Origin: Bdellovibrionales bacterium
Lineage (GTDB): Bacteria > Bdellovibrionota > Bdellovibrionia > Bdellovibrionales > Bdellovibrionaceae
Reading direction: 5' to 3'
Length of the DNA stretch: 64,000 nucleotides
NCBI GenBank assembly: GCA_031370005.1
Contig: JANMPT010000003.1
Span: forward strand, 32,987-96,986
Positions within the stretch are counted from its first letter, which is position 1, and each line of letters opens with the position of its first letter. This document shows positions 57,887 through 64,000 of the stretch, piece after piece. The position numbers were made by a program, and so were the translations under genes. Under the pieces are notes generated by a model. It worked only from the letters and a program-made list of their open reading frames with translations. It ran no database searches and had not been told where the DNA came from.

Positions 57887-59170
57887 TTAAGCAGTCACTG
57901 TGAATTGTTTTTCCGAGTGATAAGTCACACGGCCCAACTTATCACCCTTAATTGGACGAACAAAACGACACTCTACTAGCACCACAGCGTACTTTTCGCC
58001 CGCCATAAGTGCTCTTGAAGACAAGGACTCTTTGAGTACCCAAAGCGCAGCCTTTTGAATCTCATCAAATGAAAGCTCTTGATCGCGAGTGCGGTGAACG
58101 ATAGCATGGGCTCCTGGGTAATCCTTAAGATGAAGCCAATAATCCCAAGCCTTGGCTTTGCGAAGCAGTGCCAAGTTATCAGCACCGGATTTCCCACAAT
58201 AAATGATGGCCCCGGATTCCAAATTAAGTTTTCTCCCTTTGGCCTCGATATTTTTCATTAAATCGTCGATTTTGGGACGAATACCTTCGCAACGTTGGCT
58301 TGATTCATATGTCGCCCTCTCGAGATTCACAAGTTCTTCCATCACAATAAGCCTGCGAGCTTGTGTGCCTTCGACCTTATTAGCCGCGAGCTTGGCTTTT
58401 GCAAAAATGATTTCCATATTGGCGAAAATATTTTGTTTGAAATCAACCAGTCCATGCCACTGCTCGGGTAGCTGCTCCGGATTAAAAGCATGTGGCATTA
58501 TAGTTTTTAAGTAACTTCCAAGTTCGTAAAATTTTTCAGAGGGGTTCTCTCCCAGAATCTTTTCAATTTCGCTAAGAGCTTTGCGCTTTTTCTCTATATC
58601 TTTTGCCTGCCGCTTTTCCCACTGCGCTTTGGGATCTATAGAGGGACGAGCTCCGCCTCCCTGGAACTCTGCGAGCCACTCTCGGTGAATTTCCCAAAGA
58701 TCCCGAGGCTCTGGCATAGGCCCGGGAGTTGACTGAGTGCGCAGCCCTCGGGGCCTTTCCCAAGCAATTTTTTTGCCCTCCGCCTCGACTAAAAGATTGG
58801 CCTGACCTGGAATAAGTATCAGCTCCATTAGGCAATTTTGCTGAGAGTTTCCAAGCTCAATTTTTAAAACTCGGCCATAGTTCTCATCCAGCCATATCCT
58901 CCGAAGGTAGAGATTTTTTCCATGAGAATTCAAGAACAAGGCCACCGGTTTGGGCTTAGATGCCTTCTTGAAAGGACAATGCTCGGTATAAAGCAGACAA
59001 AATGGATTTGAGGGGTTCATGTCCAGCGTCAGCCAAAAATGGCTCTGCCCACGAAAGCCCAGGGCTAAACCTCGGTCATTGGAAATAACATCCTGCAGTT
59101 GAGTATCAGCAAGCTGATTTCCCAATTCAGTGACCAAGGTCTTAAGCTCTAATAAACTCATAGCTTTCAT
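57887..59170 (-). CDS. NFACT (RqcH/FbpA-like) RNA-binding protein, shortened
   Basis: C-terminal GKS...N, DYWLHLKDYPGAH, G.VTY; N-terminal NFACT-N-like region. Confidence 0.8.
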   Translation of the reverse strand: MKAMSLLELKTLVTELGNQLADTQLQDVISNDRGLALGFRGQSHFWLTLDMNPSNPFCLLYTEHCPFKKASKPKPVALFLNSHGKNLYLRRIWLDENYGRVLKIELGNSQQNCLMELILIPGQANLLVEAEGKKIAWERPRGLRTQSTPGPMPEPRDLWEIHREWLAEFQGGGARPSIDPKAQWEKRQAKDIEKKRKALSEIEKILGENPSEKFYELGSYLKTIMPHAFNPEQLPEQWHGLVDFKQNIFANMEIIFAKAKLAANKVEGTQARRLIVMEELVNLERATYESSQRCEGIRPKIDDLMKNIEAKGRKLNLESGAIIYCGKSGADNLALLRKAKAWDYWLHLKDYPGAHAIVHRTRDQELSFDEIQKAALWVLKESLSSRALMAGEKYAVVLVECRFVRPIKGDKLGRVTYHSEKQFTVTA

Positions 59171-59204
59171 TTAGTTTTCCAAAGGCCTACCGATAAAATA
59201 GCAT

Positions 59205-59477
59205 ATGGCAACAGATCTACTCTTTCAAATCTTTCATCAGCACCTTCATGATCCCGATTGTCAAATTGAATCTGCCAAGGAGCTGATCCAAAAAACTGTA
59301 GGCACCTATTTATTATTTATATCGCGCACCGCCAATATTCCCGATGGCCATCTCCAAGATGTCATTGAGGACCTGCAGGAAGAAGTCATCGAGATGTATC
59401 GCAAAAAAACCTATGGGCACTACAATCTCAAGGACTATCGCGAAAGTCTTAAAAAAAAACTGGATGAATCAACATAG
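59205..59477 (+). CDS. Hypothetical protein; possible sigma28 promoter at 59170-59196
   Basis: 90 aa with a RKKTYG motif; TTTA-N15-ACCGATAA upstream. Confidence 0.7.
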   Translation: MATDLLFQIFHQHLHDPDCQIESAKELIQKTVGTYLLFISRTANIPDGHLQDVIEDLQEEVIEMYRKKTYGHYNLKDYRESLKKKLDEST

Positions 59478-59539
59478 ATCTAAGGCCGGTATTTTAAGGG
59501 TCCGCTGACAAATCTCGCCGAACTTGCGACAATAGTATT

Positions 59540-60745
59540 GTGGAATATCGACACCTTAGATTTTGCTATATTATAATTATGCTTTTCACCTTTTGTCTTA
59601 TCGAAAGCATAAGCTTACAGGCACTGGCTATCGAAACTTCCTCATGGTTAGAAACTCAAGACAATACGAACAAGCTCGGTGTAGAAAAAATATGGTTCAG
59701 TTCTGATCTTAACAAAGCCGTTTTCTTACGCGCCCACCGCCAACAAAAATTAAATTCTCAAAATCAATTCTTAAAAGCTGCTACACAGTTAAATCCAAAA
59801 ATTTCTCAATTAAACGACACTCTATATTTTTATAACATGAGCGATTACGAGATTCAAAACTGGGTGAAAAAAAATATTCCAAACAATAAAACTGCTATTT
59901 GGTTTTCTCTTTTCGCCTCAACGGCGTATGCTAATTCAGCGACCTGTCCAAGTAATAAATCTGCAACCTCCAATGATTCTAGCAACATGGATAGTTTTTA
60001 TAGAAGTTTCGTTGGGATTGTTAATGGTGACTTTCTAAAAAAAATGGTAGGCTGCTCAACTCAGGACCCCACAATTAATGAAAAACAAAATCAATCTCTG
60101 TCCATCGAAAATTTTGGCATGGTGCTAAAGGAACATTGGGAGCAGCTCAAAGAAATCATTTCTCAGCTGCCCAACATGCCATTGCCCGAAGAAATAAAAA
60201 AAGAGCTTCTGTGTGACGGACTCTCCGTAGGTATTTTTATTGCTCAAGGTGCGGCCCTCAGCGGACTTACTGGCGTTGGGGCTTATGTTGTTGTGCCTCG
60301 ACTCTATGTGGCACTTAAAAGGCTTTTACAGACTGCAAAATATTTAAAAAAATTCAAAGTTAAAGCAAAAGGTGCTGTTGCTTTTGAAATATCAAACGTA
60401 ACAAAAACTAAAAATATATACCGAACTCAGAAATCTTACATAAAAAGCTTGCAAGATGGTGCTCGCCAAATCCTAGACAAAGGAAGAATAGCTGAATCCG
60501 GAAAAAACGGAAATTATTTTTCTGAACTTCGAATAACCGCCAATACAGAATTAGAAATGCAAAAGGATTTACTGGTCACTCTGAATAATCTTGAAAAAGA
60601 AAATAAGATTTCGACTTTTGGAAAAAAACTTTCGATAAAAACTGAAAGAGAATCCATAAAAAATAGAATTATCACATTAGAGAAAATCACCGGCCCCGAA
60701 GGCGCCTTAAATGCAGGCGGCGTTTTCAGTGACATCATTTATTAA
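59540..60745 (+). CDS. AT-rich secreted hypothetical protein
   Basis: 401-aa ORF with a hydrophobic N-terminus, an internal WFSLFASTAYA motif and a central hydrophobic helix. Confidence 0.7.
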   Translation: MEYRHLRFCYIIIMLFTFCLIESISLQALAIETSSWLETQDNTNKLGVEKIWFSSDLNKAVFLRAHRQQKLNSQNQFLKAATQLNPKISQLNDTLYFYNMSDYEIQNWVKKNIPNNKTAIWFSLFASTAYANSATCPSNKSATSNDSSNMDSFYRSFVGIVNGDFLKKMVGCSTQDPTINEKQNQSLSIENFGMVLKEHWEQLKEIISQLPNMPLPEEIKKELLCDGLSVGIFIAQGAALSGLTGVGAYVVVPRLYVALKRLLQTAKYLKKFKVKAKGAVAFEISNVTKTKNIYRTQKSYIKSLQDGARQILDKGRIAESGKNGNYFSELRITANTELEMQKDLLVTLNNLEKENKISTFGKKLSIKTERESIKNRIITLEKITGPEGALNAGGVFSDIIY

Positions 60746-60795
60746 ATCATTTATATTGCGGAAATAAAGAGTATTGGAACATCACTTTCTGCGAG

Positions 60796-60990
60796 TATTT
60801 ACGCGTTCGCTATTGCGTGCAAGCACGGGCCGTAGAAAATCAAATGTACGTAATACATTCTCCAACAGTGGGCTCTCTTCCAACTGTGCCGGCGGTTTCG
60901 TTAAATTATGGAATGGCCGCAATTTATTGCCCTAGTGACTATGCCTTTCCTAGGGATGGGCTACTCGCAGAGGGAACTGTTAATCAAGAA
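60796..60990 (+). pseudogene. Internal fragment of a carbon-nitrogen hydrolase (nitrilase family)
   Basis: YLRVRYCVQARAVENQMYV...VGSLP...AAIYCPSDYAFPRDGLLAEG. Confidence 0.8.
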
Positions 60991-61092
60991 AGCAGTAGGA
61001 ATTGCCTGCGGAATGCTCACATCAGGTTAAGCTGCCATGATCGCAACGCATTATTGCTATACCATCAAGATAGGATGTTATATTTGTGCGAG

Positions 61093-62166
61093 ATGGAAAA
61101 TTACTTTCAGCAAATTCAATCATATTATTTCGAAAATAATATCTGGACGTGGCTCTCTTTAGTGCTCATTTCAGTTTTTGCAACCTTCATTGTAAAACTT
61201 ATTTTACATTACCTTTCTAAATATCTAAGAAAGTTCGCACAAAAAACGGCTTCCATTTGGGATGATGTCTTTATTGATCTTATTGATGGTTCCAATAGAA
61301 GTATTATTTTTATTTCTTTATTTTTTTTCTTTACCCAGCCTCTTAGCAGATCGACTAGCTTTGGTAAGCTGTTATCTAGCATTGCAATTATTGCCATTAT
61401 TTTTCAATTTGCTCTTTGGGGCCTACATATCATCAAAAATTGGCGAAAGGCCGTTTTAGATAAAAAAATTGCACAAAATCCATCTTCATCGGCTGCTCTG
61501 GGCTTACTTTATACGGCTATTCAATTAGGTTTTATTGTTCTTCTTATTTTGATTGGCCTTAGCCACTTAGGCATCGACATTACTGCATTGTTAGCAGGGC
61601 TTGGAGTTGGTGGTATTGCTGTCGCCCTAGCTGCACAAAATATTTTAGGTGATCTTTTGGCCTCTCTTTCAATTGTTTTAGATAAACCCTTTGTCGTCGG
61701 TGACTATATTGTCGCTGGAAATGAAAAGGGCACCGTTGAACATATCGGCATTAAGACCACTCGACTAAGAAGTTTGTCCGGCGAGGAATTGATTTTATCG
61801 AATAAAGATCTACTGGAGAGCCGGGTACAAAACTTTAAAAGGATGTGGGTTCGTCGCGTAGTGCAAAATTTTGGATTAACCTATTCAACATCGGCAGAGA
61901 CGATTGAAAAGGTCCCACAATGGGTGCAAAGCATTGTGGAAAAGCAATCAAAGTTACGCTTTGATCGTTGTCACTTTGCTGCTTATGGCTCTTCTTCTTT
62001 AGATTTTGAATTGGTGTTTTACGTTTCTGATTCTGAATACAATGTTTATATGGATCTTCAACAAATAGTCCTTCTTGATATTTTTAAAAAATTTACTGAA
62101 GAACGTGTTGAATTTGCATTTCCTTCGCAATCAATCTATGTGGCAAAGCTTCCGACTCCTGTTTAG
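61093..62166 (+). CDS. mscS: MscS-family mechanosensitive channel
   Basis: LLAGLGVGGIAVALAAQ, DKPFVVGD, GTVEHIGIKTT, FAFP. Confidence 0.94.
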   Translation: MENYFQQIQSYYFENNIWTWLSLVLISVFATFIVKLILHYLSKYLRKFAQKTASIWDDVFIDLIDGSNRSIIFISLFFFFTQPLSRSTSFGKLLSSIAIIAIIFQFALWGLHIIKNWRKAVLDKKIAQNPSSSAALGLLYTAIQLGFIVLLILIGLSHLGIDITALLAGLGVGGIAVALAAQNILGDLLASLSIVLDKPFVVGDYIVAGNEKGTVEHIGIKTTRLRSLSGEELILSNKDLLESRVQNFKRMWVRRVVQNFGLTYSTSAETIEKVPQWVQSIVEKQSKLRFDRCHFAAYGSSSLDFELVFYVSDSEYNVYMDLQQIVLLDIFKKFTEERVEFAFPSQSIYVAKLPTPV

Positions 62167-62409
62167 AAGTTTAAAAAGAGTCGACCATAAGAATATCATC
62201 GAAAACTGATTGGCTTCTTTAAGGCGTTTTAGCTTTCTTGCTTGTTGAGTAGCAAGGGGTTGCAAATGCTATCTGCATCATTTGCAAGCTTGGTTATCAA
62301 GGAATTCGCGACTTACCCCCCAATACATCGCCGGCAAGTTGCGGTTTGCCTTTTGATGTTCTTCCTGCTTTTGAAGGATTGAAATATCCTGTTGACTCAA
62401 CGCTTATGG

Positions 62410-62492
62410 GAGTCCACAAAGTGGGCAGCGATTTCACTCATTCTTCGGGTCCCACAGCTTAGGCAAAATCCCCGGCGCTTACACGAGAAGGC
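62410..62492 (-). repeat. 83-bp duplicate of the IS91-like transposase zinc-finger segment
   Basis: Matches 63673-63755 with 3 mismatches; encodes AFSCKRRGFCxSCGTRRMSE. Confidence 0.9.
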
Positions 62493-62524
62493 GAGCTTAA
62501 TTCCGCGAAGGTTTATGACTTAAA

Positions 62525-63382
62525 TCACTCTTTGCCTTTTTGAATTACAGAATTCGTTGTCGAAGGGGAAGACGACTCCTCAGCACTAAAGTCCTGGGAT
62601 CCTAGATTACAAGTTTGAATGGCCCTGTTCAATGCTTCCATGCCCTTAATCGAGCTGCTAAAGTCTTTAGCCATCTTCGACAAATTTTCAGAGGTGGTCG
62701 GGGTCGAAATAGAGACTGGACTAAATATTTTATTGCCAGTAATTAATTTCATTTGTTTTTCAATGCGGGCGTTATCCGCTTCAATAACGGCCATTTGACG
62801 TTTTTCCAATTGAATGGATTGGTTGCCAAATGCCTTTGCCATAGTGGCATAACTGTCCATCATGTCCATGCATTTTTTTGCGTTCTCCTCATCCAAGGGA
62901 GCTCCGCCTTTTCTTTTTTTTGTTTCAATATTATAGGCCTCATTCAACCGCTTACAAGCACGCTTTGTTGCAGTCACACACTTCATATCACCTTTACTGA
63001 AGGGCGTTGTTCGTGTGTAAGAATTGAGTTCGCCATAGCAAACCGTCGAGGAACGCAATTTCGAGCCATTAAAAGTCGAAGTCCTAACCACGACCTGAGA
63101 ATCGCCTAACTTTTTTGCAGGAGTCACTATGGCCTCGGTAATAGCCAGTATTTTTGTGCCTTCAATATCCTCGTTGTTCCACCGCATTTCATACTCTGAG
63201 CGACCTTGAATATTGGACTTGGCCCATTTTTCCTTATTGTTAAACATTAAGCTGCCATCGGAGCTTGTGATCTTTTCGCCGTTAAATTGAAAATTTCCCG
63301 TGTAGTAATTTTTTAACAAATTGGGGTCATATTCTGCAGACGCGGTCGCAGATATTAGAAAATTTAAAGCACCGCCACCCAC
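62525..63382 (-). CDS. Secreted hypothetical protein, probably 5'-truncated
   Basis: 285-codon ORF. The partial signal peptide LNFLISATASA|EY abuts transposase DNA. Confidence 0.65.
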   Translation of the reverse strand: MGGGALNFLISATASAEYDPNLLKNYYTGNFQFNGEKITSSDGSLMFNNKEKWAKSNIQGRSEYEMRWNNEDIEGTKILAITEAIVTPAKKLGDSQVVVRTSTFNGSKLRSSTVCYGELNSYTRTTPFSKGDMKCVTATKRACKRLNEAYNIETKKRKGGAPLDEENAKKCMDMMDSYATMAKAFGNQSIQLEKRQMAVIEADNARIEKQMKLITGNKIFSPVSISTPTTSENLSKMAKDFSSSIKGMEALNRAIQTCNLGSQDFSAEESSSPSTTNSVIQKGKE

Positions 63383-63995
63383 TGGTATTCTGTAAAGTCC
63401 TTACTGGCATCAAGGCCATAGACACCATCCACAAAGAGCTGATGGAAGTGGACATTGAGATTGATGGCTCCGCCAAAGCGCTGGATCAGCGTTACCGCGC
63501 CGGTTTTGGAGTTGGTTTTCTCAAGCCCGGATTTTTTTCGGTAGTAGTCATTAATCGCAGTAGTCGTGATCTCAAGGCACGGGCCATGACTTTGGGTCTA
63601 ATCGCCAGAAGTGGTCTCAGTGAGATCGGGAACGTCATTACCCATTGCCTGATGGGTTTATGTGGAAGGACCGAGTCCACCAAGTGGGCAGCGGTTTCAC
63701 TCATTCTTCGGGTCCCACAGCTTGGGCAAAATCCCCGGCGCTTACACGAGAAGGCCACCAGATGTTCTTTATGGCAGTTCTCGCACTGATTGCGCAAAAA
63801 CCCGTGGGCCAAGATCCCGCAGCGTAGATACTCGTTAAACTCCTTCACCACGAAGTCCGGAAGACTGCTCCCGGTCTCTTGAGTGAACTCCTCCAGGAAG
63901 CTAGCGAGGTTTTCTTGTATGATTTTGTAGAGAACTGTTTCTTCAGGCTTGTGACGCTCGTAGTGGTACTGCTTCGTGACGAGGGCGGACTGCAT
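63364..63995 (-). mobile_element. IS91/ISCR-family (HUH) transposase pseudogene, frameshifted and 3'-truncated
   Basis: YLRCGILAHGF...C..C...FSCKRRGFCPSC, RQWVMTFP. After a 1-nt frameshift near 63575 it reads GAVTLIQRFGGAINLNVHFHQLFVDGVY (HUH motif) and then ends. Confidence 0.9.
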
Positions 63996-64000
63996 AGAGT

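Noticed and set aside
62270..62320. VIKEFATY on the plus strand as another transposase remnant (compare VVKEFNEY)
   Set aside because: Too short and divergent to separate from chance.

Overview
Bacterial chromosome segment whose gene content suggests a Bdellovibrionota (Bdellovibrio-like) predator. This is an inference from gldAFG-DUF4340, an AgmX/PglI-type protein and many Cys-rich secreted hypotheticals. The window has three zones. (1) 1-8763 is an accessory island ending at the 3' end of an intact tRNA-Ala(GGC) (8764-8838, minus). It starts with a compact element: large serine recombinase (LSR), small coupled ORF, MOB-C/Replic_Relax-type relaxase, membrane protein, a hairpin-dense origin-like region and a tRNA-Ser 3' fragment (att). 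An ArsR/SRPBCC/NmrA operon follows, then four toxin-antitoxin modules in about 3.5 kb. The modules are interleaved with recurring 39-bp att-like junctions ending in a tRNA-like GGCACCA, duplicated LSR C-terminal remnants and a small att-spanning HTH ORF. This looks like a recombinase-built TA cassette array and is the most interesting signal in the window. (2) 9103-59477 is mostly core genome (hisS, lgt, nrdR-nusB, fliL, sppA, rpsA, cmk, hisC, ilvA, lysC, tpiA, pgk, holB, tmk, secG, gldAFG). It also holds a secreted ParB-like/NadD fusion, a degenerate oxoprolinase-like pair, a eukaryote-like Cys-rich protein and a 57-bp perfect palindrome that supplies the stop codons of two convergent genes. 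(3) 59540-64000 is a second mosaic region with an AT-rich secreted protein, a nitrilase remnant, mscS, and a secreted-protein gene bracketed by pieces of an IS91-family rolling-circle transposase. No CRISPR array or rRNA was seen. All product calls come from motifs read by eye; no database search was run.
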